Shown in pieces: positions 7,549 through 15,829 of a DNA stretch of 64,000 nucleotides; position 1 is the stretch's first letter, and each line of letters starts with the position of its first letter. Origin of the DNA: an uncultured Syntrophales bacterium (GTDB lineage Bacteria; Desulfobacterota; Syntrophia; Syntrophales; JADFWA01); assembly GCA_964454305.1 (NCBI GenBank), contig CAYVXX010000001.1:65464-129463 (forward strand). The letters are read 5' to 3'. The notes under the pieces are model-generated. The model was not told the DNA's origin. It did not search any database and worked only from the letters and a program-made list of their open reading frames with translations. Both the position numbers and the translations under genes were made by a program.

Positions 7549-8625
7549 ATGAAACCGACAGGAAAACAGTTCATAGCAGAATTTATCAACTGCTCGGCCG
7601 ATATTCTAAATGATCAACAGACCATTGAACGGATTTTAAGTGAAGGGATTGTGAAATGCGGGATGAATCTCGTCAGCATAAACAGTCATAGCTTTAATCC
7701 GATAGGCGTTACATCTATCGCGATTGTCTCCGAATCTCACATTGCCATTCATACGTATCCCGAAGCCCGTCATGCCTCACTTGATATCTTTACCTGCTCT
7801 GATGAATCCCAACTGTCCATTGATCTGCTGGATTTCCTGAAAGATGAGCTTGACCCGGATACGGTGAGGGTCGCTGAAATGAAGAGAGGAAATCCTCTCG
7901 AAATAATACACACCGACTGGATAACAGATTTTTGCGAGTCCATAGGATTTGAAGTCCGGTACCATGTTGAAGAAAAAATCCTCGACACACGGTCAGAATA
8001 TCAGCAAATCAATGTCATAAAGAATGAGACCTTCGGCAGGATGATGTTTCTCGATGGAGAGCTGCAGATCGCGGCCGCTGATGCCCATATCTATAATCAA
8101 AGCATGGTTTCCCCCCTGATTGAGGCCGGTAACAGTTTAAACAATGTGGCAATCCTTGGTGGCGGAGACGGTGGAGTCCTTTACGAGCTGCTGAAACACA
8201 ATCCCGGGAGAGTTACGCTCATCGACATCGACAAAGAAGTGATAAATATCGCCAGGAAATATCTGAAAGATATATGTTTCGATGCCTTTGATGATCCAAG
8301 TGTTACGATCATAAACGATGATGCAAATACTTTTCTCGACGAGAAACACGACTTCGATGCCATTGTCTACGATTTAACGATGCATCCCGAATCATTCATC
8401 AATGTAGATAGAGAAATATATCTGGATGGAATTTTCTCAAAGATTAAAGATAATCTTAAAATGGGTGGTGTGCTAAGCGTACAGTGCTGTTCCCAATTTG
8501 ACGCGACAACGCTCGGCATTATAACCGTAATTTTAAATAAACATTTTTCCGACGTTACATTTAAAAAATCGTATATTCCATCTTTTTGCGTGAGTTGGGT
8601 ATTCGCATCCGCTAAAAGAAAGTAA
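7549..8625 (+). CDS. Fusion protein: S-adenosylmethionine decarboxylase (SpeD/SpeH type) + aminopropyltransferase (SpeE)
   Basis: The N-terminal part has VTSIAIVSESHIAIHTYPE, the pyruvoyl AdoMetDC ES cleavage motif. The C-terminal part has YQQINVIKNETFGRMMFLDGELQ...ILGGGDGGVLYELLKH...LIDIDKEV, the spermidine synthase fold. Confidence 0.85.
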   Translation: MKPTGKQFIAEFINCSADILNDQQTIERILSEGIVKCGMNLVSINSHSFNPIGVTSIAIVSESHIAIHTYPEARHASLDIFTCSDESQLSIDLLDFLKDELDPDTVRVAEMKRGNPLEIIHTDWITDFCESIGFEVRYHVEEKILDTRSEYQQINVIKNETFGRMMFLDGELQIAAADAHIYNQSMVSPLIEAGNSLNNVAILGGGDGGVLYELLKHNPGRVTLIDIDKEVINIARKYLKDICFDAFDDPSVTIINDDANTFLDEKHDFDAIVYDLTMHPESFINVDREIYLDGIFSKIKDNLKMGGVLSVQCCSQFDATTLGIITVILNKHFSDVTFKKSYIPSFCVSWVFASAKRK

Positions 8626-8676
8626 GCTGATTCCCTTGCCGGAAAAGCCTCCCGGTAGAAATCTTCGTATTAATTT

Positions 8677-8732
8677 GTCATTCTGACTTTATTTCAGAAT
8701 CTCACGAGATCCTGAAACGAGTTCAGGATGAA
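8677..8732. terminator. Twin hairpins between convergent speDE and thrC (bidirectional terminator / REP-like unit)
   Basis: ATTCTGA (8680-8686) pairs with TCAGAAT (8694-8700). ATCCTGAA (8709-8716) pairs with TTCAGGAT (8722-8729). Confidence 0.55.
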
Positions 8733-8747
8733 ACAAACAGTCATTTC

Positions 8748-10142
8748 TTAAGGGCTTTTTGTCTTGAGGTTATCCTGGAGATATTCCTTAAATGTCGCGT
8801 AGTCACCGGGCAACTCAGATGGTTCCCCTACCCTGCTATCGATATCCTTCATGCTTTGCGGAAGCTCGGGCATTATGCCGAGGAGTTCCTTTATCTCATC
8901 GGGAAATTTGGCCGTATGAGCCGTCTCCAGAGATACACACAGCGGAAAATCACCGGACTCTTCAAGATAGATTTCAAGTCCCTTCCAGCCAACCGCTCCG
9001 TGAGGTTCGAGGACAACTCCATATTTGCTGTAAACTCTTTCTATGGTCTGCCGTGTAACAGTATCAGATACGCTCACTGAAAAAATTTTTTCTCTCATCG
9101 CATCGATCGCGGGATATGCATGAACGGTGCCGAGCCTGTCAACAGTGCCGCCATATAAATCGAAGAACCTGGCCAGGTTGCTCGGATGGCCGACATTCAT
9201 CGCATTGGACAGGCACGCCCTGGACGGCGACACCTTCTCATAGCGGCCCGTTTTCAGATATCGGGGGAATTCATCATTTTCATTGGTTGGCATGACAAGC
9301 TTTTTTACCGGTATCCCCATTCTCCTCGCATATTCGCACCCAAGCGCATTCCCAAAATTACCCGAAGGAACGGAAAAAACGATCTCCTCCTCCTTTTCGG
9401 CAAGCTGCGCATAGGCGTAAACATAATAGACAATCTGCGGGAGTATTCTGCCGAAGTTTATCGAGTTCGCCGATGTCAGGTAGAGATAGTCGAGTCCCGG
9501 CTCTGAAAAGGCCTGTTTGACCAGATTCTGGCAATCATCGAACTTTCCCTGAATGGATATCGCCCGCACGTTTTCGCCGATCGTATCCAGCTGTTTCTTC
9601 TGCCTCCCGCTCACCTCATCCCTCGGATAGAGGATGTTAACATCAATGCCGGGGACGCCTTTAAATGCCTCGCCAACCGCACTCCCCGTATCTCCCGATG
9701 TCGCCACAAGGACATTCAGTCTTTTGCCCCTGTCCCGGAAATGACTCATCAGCCTCGCCATCATCCTGGCGGCAAAATCCTTAAAAGAAGCCGTCGGACC
9801 CTGGTCAAGCCTCATTACGTATTTTCGGTCGAAGACCCTTTCCAGGGGAACGGCAAAATTGTAGGAGTCTTTGACTATCTCTCTCAGCCGATCAGATGAA
9901 ATCTCATCATGCAGAAATGCCCAGGCTACAAGCATTGCCGTTTCCGGATACGGCGCCCCCTTCAATGCCATAACATCCTCCGGAGAAATTTGAGGGATGA
10001 CATCGGGCATAAAAAGTCCCTCATCAGGAGCCTGCCCCTTAAGAAGCGCGTCCTTGAATGAAACGGATTCTTTAAACGGCACGATTCCCGGAGTGCCGGT
10101 GAGGTTTCTGTTCGTGCTGTAATAGCGTATTTTGTTCCCCAT
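8748..10142 (-). CDS. thrC: Threonine synthase
   Basis: GPTASFKDFAARMMARLM supplies the PLP lysine. The length (464 aa) and overall pattern fit the long-form ThrC. Confidence 0.9.
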   Translation of the reverse strand: MGNKIRYYSTNRNLTGTPGIVPFKESVSFKDALLKGQAPDEGLFMPDVIPQISPEDVMALKGAPYPETAMLVAWAFLHDEISSDRLREIVKDSYNFAVPLERVFDRKYVMRLDQGPTASFKDFAARMMARLMSHFRDRGKRLNVLVATSGDTGSAVGEAFKGVPGIDVNILYPRDEVSGRQKKQLDTIGENVRAISIQGKFDDCQNLVKQAFSEPGLDYLYLTSANSINFGRILPQIVYYVYAYAQLAEKEEEIVFSVPSGNFGNALGCEYARRMGIPVKKLVMPTNENDEFPRYLKTGRYEKVSPSRACLSNAMNVGHPSNLARFFDLYGGTVDRLGTVHAYPAIDAMREKIFSVSVSDTVTRQTIERVYSKYGVVLEPHGAVGWKGLEIYLEESGDFPLCVSLETAHTAKFPDEIKELLGIMPELPQSMKDIDSRVGEPSELPGDYATFKEYLQDNLKTKSP

Positions 10143-10183
10143 TTCTTAAATACCACCTCATAAAAGTCTAAGAATTAAACATT

Positions 10184-11104
10184 TTACACCGCGTAGTCCT
10201 TCGCAAATTCCAGAAACAATTTATGATAATGCATTAAACTGAATTGCTTCTTATAAATCAAATAAAAATGTCTCTGAACGGTACAGTCCTGAATCGGCAC
10301 TTCACAAAGAACCCCCTGCTGTAATTCCCGTTTTATAGCATGAACGGAGAGGATGGAGACACCGAGGCCGGCAATGATCGCCTCTTTGACCGCTTCAGAG
10401 CTTCCCATCTCACAGACACAATTGAACATGGAAAGGCTCCTGTCAGTATTTTTACGCAAGTAGTCTTCCAGGATTTCGCGGGTAGCTGAACCCCTCTCTC
10501 TGATAACAAAGGGGGCTTTTGAAACCTCACCCAGTGTCACATATTTCTTTTTAACCCAGAGATGGTCTGCCGGTACAGCTAAAACAAGTCTGTCCTCCCA
10601 GAGGGATTCGACATGCAATCTTTTGTCAAACGTCTGTTTGCCTATAAAACCTATCTCCGCCTGATCATACAGGATCATCTCCAGGGTTTCTTCGCTATCA
10701 GAGGTTTGAACGTAAGCCCGAATATCAGGAAAAAGCTTTTTGAAATCATTCAAAAGGCGCGGAAGGATATATGTTGCCGGTATGGTGCTGGCACGGATAA
10801 AGATACTTCCTGATTCATTTTCCTTCATCCTTGAAATTTTTTCCTTTGCCTCATCTCTTAATCTGAGGATCTTTTTAGCATAATCATAAAGTATCTTCCC
10901 CTCAGGCGTTAAAAATATTCCCCTGTTTCTCCTGTTAAGAATCCTGGCGTTGACCGATTCTTCCAGATTTTTAATATGCTTGGTCATAGACGGCTGGGTC
11001 AGAAATACCTTCTTGGCAGCTCGGCTGAAGCTTCCTTCTTCAACGATACGGACAAGAGATTCCATTTGTTGAATAGTGATATTCTTGAATTGATCGTAAC
11101 TCAT
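10184..11104 (-). CDS. LysR-family transcriptional regulator, divergent from yedE
   Basis: The N-terminal HTH is MSYDQFKNITIQQMESLVRIVEEGSFSRAAKKVFLTQPSMTKHIKNLE, followed by a LysR substrate-binding domain. Start at Met10 of ORF 10184..11131. Confidence 0.85.
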   Translation of the reverse strand: MSYDQFKNITIQQMESLVRIVEEGSFSRAAKKVFLTQPSMTKHIKNLEESVNARILNRRNRGIFLTPEGKILYDYAKKILRLRDEAKEKISRMKENESGSIFIRASTIPATYILPRLLNDFKKLFPDIRAYVQTSDSEETLEMILYDQAEIGFIGKQTFDKRLHVESLWEDRLVLAVPADHLWVKKKYVTLGEVSKAPFVIRERGSATREILEDYLRKNTDRSLSMFNCVCEMGSSEAVKEAIIAGLGVSILSVHAIKRELQQGVLCEVPIQDCTVQRHFYLIYKKQFSLMHYHKLFLEFAKDYAV

Positions 11105-11131
11105 GGAAAAGTTAACTACCATAAATTTCAA

Positions 11132-11154
11132 TTATAATCAACGAAGAATTATAA
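11132..11154. promoter_or_regulatory. Candidate LysR box TTATAA-N11-TTATAA
   Basis: This dyad fits T-N11-A and lies in the LysR/yedE divergent region. A near copy (TTATAA-N11-CTATAA) is at 23579-23601. Confidence 0.4.
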
Positions 11155-11231
11155 CTATTATGAATTTGACTTATTCCTTAAATTTAGGTAGTTGCATAAG
11201 ACCATCAGATACGGGAAAGGAGACGATGATA

Positions 11232-12311
11232 ATGGCAGGTAAATTCTGGACGCAAAAAACATGGATTATTCTTGGAGGCCTGATTTTAGGTGCACTTGCA
11301 ACCCTGCTCACAAAATGGGGAAATCCTGCAAACATGGGCATCTGTGTTGCGTGTTTTTATCGTGACATTACAGGCGGACTCGGCCTGCACAGGGCAGGAG
11401 TGGTACAGTATATCAGACCGGAAATAATAGGTTTCGTATTCGGCGCTCTTATCTCAGCTTTCGCCTTCAGAGAGTTCAGACCAAAAGGGGGCTCCTCTCC
11501 GATAATACGTTTTCTGTTGGGCGCCTTTTTCATGATCGGCGCGCTGGTTTTCCTGGGCTGCCCAATCAGGGCGCTGATAAGACTTGCAGGTGGTGACCTC
11601 AACGGTATTACCGCTCTCTTAGGGATCATCGTTGGTGCATTTATCGGCATTCAGTTTTTAAAAGGTGGTTATAACCTTGGGCGGGCCGGAAGTGCATCGA
11701 AAATATCTGCCTTGATGATACCACTTATTATGCTTGGCCTTTTTCTCTTGATAGTTTTCAAACCGCATTTCCTCTTTTTCAGTCAAAAGGGGCCGGGTGC
11801 AATGCATGCTCCCATCCTGATTTCACTTATTGCAGGAATCATCGTTGGCGTCATCGCTCAAAAGACAAGAATGTGTTTCGTCGGGGGCTGGAGGGATATT
11901 ATGCTGGTTAGAGACTTCTACCTCTTCAGCGGAATCGCAGCCTTCTTTGTCGGTGTTCTGGTTTGCAATTATGCACTGGGCAATTTTGCTTCAGGATTCT
12001 ACCACTGGGGGTTTGAACATCAACCCGTTTCCCATAATAATCATTTATGGAATTTTCTTGGAATGGTACTGGCGGGCCTGACTGCAACACTTCTGGGTGG
12101 ATGTCCCCTGCGCCAGACAATCCTGGCAAGCGAGGGGGATACAGACGCTGGGATTACCATACTTGGCCTCATTGTCGGCGCTGCCTTTGCCCATAATTTT
12201 TTGCTTGCATCGAGCCCCAAAGGCCCGGGTGAATTCGGGCCCCTGGCAGTAATTATAGGTTTAATATTCTGTTCGGCTGTCGGCGTTTCAATGATGGAAA
12301 GAGGAAAATAA
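11232..12311 (+). CDS. yedE: YedE-family membrane protein (putative selenium/sulfur compound transporter)
   Basis: GNPANMGICVACFYRDITGGLG and a polytopic membrane profile. The RBS AAGGAG lies 9 nt upstream of ATG 11232 (alternative ATG 11226). Confidence 0.75.
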   Translation: MAGKFWTQKTWIILGGLILGALATLLTKWGNPANMGICVACFYRDITGGLGLHRAGVVQYIRPEIIGFVFGALISAFAFREFRPKGGSSPIIRFLLGAFFMIGALVFLGCPIRALIRLAGGDLNGITALLGIIVGAFIGIQFLKGGYNLGRAGSASKISALMIPLIMLGLFLLIVFKPHFLFFSQKGPGAMHAPILISLIAGIIVGVIAQKTRMCFVGGWRDIMLVRDFYLFSGIAAFFVGVLVCNYALGNFASGFYHWGFEHQPVSHNNHLWNFLGMVLAGLTATLLGGCPLRQTILASEGDTDAGITILGLIVGAAFAHNFLLASSPKGPGEFGPLAVIIGLIFCSAVGVSMMERGK

Positions 12312-12312
12312 C

Positions 12313-12849
12313 ATGGTCTTCGGAATAAAAAGAAAGCCCCGCTTTGAGGGAGGAGGTCTTTTTCTCTTTGAAAAGGTAGAAGATGCCATAAAAGCGGAAA
12401 GGGTTCTTAAATCGGCAGACTATATGGTCAAGCTCGTAGCGCCGCCCCCTGCTCTGAGGAAAGGATGCGACCTGGCGGTTGAGATAAATCTGGTTGAGCA
12501 GATGGGTATAGAAAGGCTTTTCAAGCAGAAAGATGTAAACTATATCGAGGTCGTCCCCATGAAGGGTAGCGGAAATCTCCTCGAAATCGTAAAGATAACC
12601 GATTTCGGTGACGCAGTAATGGTAAAGGCAGGTAATATGAAGCTTACATTTGATAAGAATACCGGAAAAATCTTGAACACCTCCGGAGGGGGCTGTCCCG
12701 ATATCCCCTATCTTCATTCCGAACTCATCGATAAAAAACTAACAGATGCACCGAGGCCGAAGGATATAGGCTTTACCTTATGCGCTCTTATGATGGACCG
12801 GGCTTTTCTTGAATGTCTGGATCTCTGGAAAAGTAAGGTGGAAAATTGA
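12313..12849 (+). CDS. DUF3343-like domain protein with a C-terminal Cys-containing extension
   Basis: The N-terminal part, LFLFEKVEDAIKAERVLKSADYMVKLVAPPPALRKGCDLAVEI, resembles the small Se/S-carrier-like DUF3343 fold. The C-terminal part carries SGGGCPDIPY. Confidence 0.5.
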   Translation: MVFGIKRKPRFEGGGLFLFEKVEDAIKAERVLKSADYMVKLVAPPPALRKGCDLAVEINLVEQMGIERLFKQKDVNYIEVVPMKGSGNLLEIVKITDFGDAVMVKAGNMKLTFDKNTGKILNTSGGGCPDIPYLHSELIDKKLTDAPRPKDIGFTLCALMMDRAFLECLDLWKSKVEN

Positions 12850-12850
12850 A

Positions 12851-13744
12851 ATGATGCTCATCTGTGGAACAGTCCCGATAAAGGGCTTCCCGCTGACGCT
12901 GGGAGAGATTAAAACTAAAGCGGGATCATTGGTCATAAATGATCTGGAAATCCCGTGCACACAAGGCACTGCCGCCCTGATCAGCGCCGCATCAGCTACC
13001 ACCTGTCATCTGAACATCACTCCACCCCGGGCATTATTAGTTGGCGACAATGGTGAAGGAAAAGGAAGTAGATTACTTTATGAGTATTTGATAAAGAATA
13101 TTTCCGAACTTTCACCGGCCGTGCTGGTACTTCACTATTGCCTTCCAGTTATGGGCTTGATGAGACGGCTGTGTGAATCTATAGAAAAATGTTCTAAAAA
13201 ACCGATTATGATCGCGGATGCATCTTCGATGTATGCAGCAAAAGCAGCAGGATTGGCGGCAAAATTTGACATCTTCACTCCGGATTTCTGTGAAATGGCC
13301 TTTTTAGCCGACCCCGATGCCACACATCCCGCTTATATCAGCAGGCACCTTTTCGATGCCGATATAACGCAGGCTTCCGAATTGGTAGCTGATGCTTATC
13401 GTAACAATAACGCAGCAAAGATGTTGCTTATTAAGGGAGCGGCTGATTATGTGGTTGAAAATGGTAAAATCCTGGACACTATTACTGCGCCTGATATACC
13501 GGAGCTTGAAGCCATAGGGGGAACGGGTGATACTATTACGGGTATGGTTTCTGCTTTTGTCTATGCTGAACTGGAATTACATCAGGCAGCAATTATTGCA
13601 ACCAGGGCAAATCGTATGGCCGGAAAATACGCACAGGCTACACCGGCTACCAGAATTCACGAAATTACTTCCCAGCTTCCGGCGGTTTTTAAGGATCATT
13701 TATGCGAGTGGAGCGGTATCTGTTATACCGCAGTTCCGGATTGA
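12851..13744 (+). CDS. Ribokinase-superfamily (YjeF_C/ThiM-like) kinase-fold protein
   Basis: LLIKGAADYVV...AIGGTGDTITGMVSAFVY resembles the GG(S/T)GD anion-hole motif of NAD(P)HX dehydratase/HMP/thiazole kinases. Start at ATG 12851, just after the upstream stop. Confidence 0.5.
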   Translation: MMLICGTVPIKGFPLTLGEIKTKAGSLVINDLEIPCTQGTAALISAASATTCHLNITPPRALLVGDNGEGKGSRLLYEYLIKNISELSPAVLVLHYCLPVMGLMRRLCESIEKCSKKPIMIADASSMYAAKAAGLAAKFDIFTPDFCEMAFLADPDATHPAYISRHLFDADITQASELVADAYRNNNAAKMLLIKGAADYVVENGKILDTITAPDIPELEAIGGTGDTITGMVSAFVYAELELHQAAIIATRANRMAGKYAQATPATRIHEITSQLPAVFKDHLCEWSGICYTAVPD

Positions 13745-13827
13745 CAGTTTTAAGATAACAGAAACCGGGTTTTCCCAGTGGCTGAAAGCGAAAGCTATTA
13801 GACAAATAAAGAAGAGAGGTGGTAGAG

Positions 13828-14043
13828 ATGAAGTATGGCGCCAGAAACCAATTGTCGGGAAAGGTAGTCGAAATCAAGAAAGGGACTTTAATGGGACAGA
13901 TAAAAGTAAAGATGCCTGGCGACTATACTATATCGTCGGTAATGACCCTGGATTCCCTGAATGATCTCGGCATAAAAGAGGGAGACAAGGTTAAGGCAAT
14001 AATTAAGGCAGTAAATGTATTGTTGGTAAAAGATGAAATTTAA
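13828..14043 (+). CDS. TOBE/Mop-domain oxyanion-binding protein
   Basis: MKYGARNQLSGKVVEIKKGTLMGQIKVKM...GDKVKAIIKAVNVLL is the typical Mop/TOBE pattern. Confidence 0.75.
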   Translation: MKYGARNQLSGKVVEIKKGTLMGQIKVKMPGDYTISSVMTLDSLNDLGIKEGDKVKAIIKAVNVLLVKDEI

Positions 14044-14063
14044 TAAGTGAGGAGGGAACAGCA

Positions 14064-14285
14064 ATGGTTGAGATTGATGTAAGAGGTTTTGGTTGTCCTA
14101 TTCCCGTGGTGAAAACAAAAAAAGCTATTGAGGGAAACCCGAACGAAGAGATAATTGTCCTTGTAGAAACTGCGGTCTCAAAGGAAAATGTATCCCGGCT
14201 TGCAGAAAGCAAAAAATATTCAGTACGGGTGGAAGAAACAGCCGGGGATGAGTATCGAGTATTGCTTACACCTCCAAAAAACTAA
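14064..14285 (+). CDS. TusA/SirA-like sulfur(selenium)transferase
   Basis: IDVRGFGCPIPVVKTKKAI carries the CPxP active-site motif. Confidence 0.8.
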   Translation: MVEIDVRGFGCPIPVVKTKKAIEGNPNEEIIVLVETAVSKENVSRLAESKKYSVRVEETAGDEYRVLLTPPKN

Positions 14286-14314
14286 GACGCAATTAAGAAG
14301 AGATACCAAGGATT

Positions 14315-14926
14315 ATGGCTAAAGAAATCGATGTTAGAGGCCTCCCCTGTCCTCGACCGGTTATCAGTACCAAAAAGGCACTGGAAGAAATAAAAGAGGG
14401 CACAATTACCGTCCTGGTGGATAATCCGGAAAGTAAAGAGAATGTGCAACGATTTGCTATAAGCCAGGGGTGTGAGGTCAAGGTAGAAGAAAAAGAGGGT
14501 ATCTTTTACCTGCAAATTTCCAAGAGTTACCCTGGTAAGAAAGAAAAGGGATTAGAGGCAGAAGTTGAAAAGGAGTTCGATAAGACAATGAATGCGGATG
14601 TTGTCTGTATTACTACCGACCTGTTTGGAACAGGAAATGAGGAATTGGGAGAAATACTGATGAAGGCGTTCCTTAATACCCTGTGGGACTACCAGCCCCG
14701 ACCGGCCAAGTTATTGTTTATCAACAGAGGCGTAATGCTGACCACCGAAGGTTCTGATGTCCTGGAGGTCTTGGAACTTTTAGAAAAAGAGGGTGTTGAA
14801 ATATTTTCCTGCGGTACCTGCCTGGCCCATTATGGAATAAAAGACAAATTGAGGATCGGCAAAGCAACCAACATGTATGAGATGGTTGATGCCCTCTTAA
14901 CTGCCGGTAAGGTGGTCAATATATAA
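14315..14926 (+). CDS. yedF: YedF-type selenium metabolism protein (TusA-like N-domain + DsrE-like C-domain)
   Basis: IDVRGLPCPRPVISTKKAL at the N-terminus. The ~110-aa C-terminal domain ends in FSCGTCLAHYG. The 203-aa architecture matches YedF. Confidence 0.75.
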   Translation: MAKEIDVRGLPCPRPVISTKKALEEIKEGTITVLVDNPESKENVQRFAISQGCEVKVEEKEGIFYLQISKSYPGKKEKGLEAEVEKEFDKTMNADVVCITTDLFGTGNEELGEILMKAFLNTLWDYQPRPAKLLFINRGVMLTTEGSDVLEVLELLEKEGVEIFSCGTCLAHYGIKDKLRIGKATNMYEMVDALLTAGKVVNI

Positions 14927-14985
14927 GAAGTAACTATCGGACATAAAAGGAATAATCGCCCTGCAAGGGCAATGCAAAAACCCTT

Positions 14986-15145
14986 CCATAAGGAGTTTGG
15001 TCATGTATGAATTTTTCGGCTTTACCTGAGCTGCGATCGAAATTCTACCTGGGTTAGGTAGGCACAGGGCCAAACTGGAAACTCAATTTTCCTCCCTTCA
15101 TTTCTAATCATCACGTTTCAAACCTTTCCGGTCTGGCTCATATGC
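14986..15145 (+). promoter_or_regulatory. Structured leader, copy 1, with embedded sORF MYEFFGFT (15003-15029)
   Basis: About 85-90 percent identical by eye to 23657-23815. The outer stem AGTTTGGTC/GGCCAAACT, the inner stem GAATTT/AAATTC and the hairpin CTACC-N7-GGTAG are all conserved. The RBS AAGGAG lies 7 nt upstream of the sORF. Confidence 0.5.
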
Positions 15146-15361
15146 TTCTCTTTGAGTCAGACTTCGATCTCAAGAGAATAGCCGGGGTTCAAGCTTATTG
15201 CGATGCTTTGAAGAGGCTACAGAATTGTCTACAACTGCTTTGATACCTCAACATTGCATACACAAGAAATCCCATACCAGGACCCGAACCATGCTGTTGA
15301 ATTTACCCGCAGGCGGGAAGGTCTGCAGGATTACTAAATAAAACTTATACAAGGAAACAGG

Positions 15362-15630
15362 ATGAGTAAAGTCCATGGCCTGCGGATTAAAGAATTAATG
15401 AACGAGAAGCCGCATGTTAAAACAGGTTTTGGGAGAAGGAACGATTCTCTTTGCCGATGGTGTGGCACGAAATCCCTGCGTTCACGGGTTGTTGGAAGAG
15501 GTAAGAGGTACTCGGACAAAAGATTATAATACCTGAAGACCCGCAGATGGTGGGAGCTCTGGGGGCGGCCATTCTGGCGGGCAAAACAGGCACCCTGACC
15601 GGTAGAGGGGAAGTGGTTATCATGTTTTGA
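15362..15630 (+). pseudogene. Remnant fusing the 5' end of the dehydratase-like gene to the 3' end of its activator ATPase gene
   Basis: 15362-15410 matches 24039-24090 (MS.VHGLRIKELM.EK). 15436-15600 matches 25786-25925 (IFAGGVARNPC...PQMVGALGAA). The frame is broken, and there is a 7-nt AGAGGTA tandem duplication. Confidence 0.8.
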
Positions 15631-15684
15631 TAAGAGTTTGTGGTCAGCTCACGATAATTTTAAGAAAAATTTCTCCAAAAAGTA

Positions 15685-15731
15685 TTGACAGAAGGGTAAT
15701 ATTCGGGTATATGTTATGTCAAAAATGACAT
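15685..15731 (+). promoter_or_regulatory. Candidate hydA promoter (TTGACA-N17-TATATG) followed by a perfect palindrome ATGTCA-AAAA-TGACAT
   Basis: TTGACA at 15685-15690, TATATG at 15708-15713, palindrome at 15716-15731. Confidence 0.4.
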
Positions 15732-15829
15732 GAGCTAAAAATAGCATAGCCAGTTCTCTTCCATCTAAGAAAGTTGGAAGACTGGTGAAAATTAAAGATT
15801 TGCGTAAAAAACAAAGAAGGGAGGAAATC

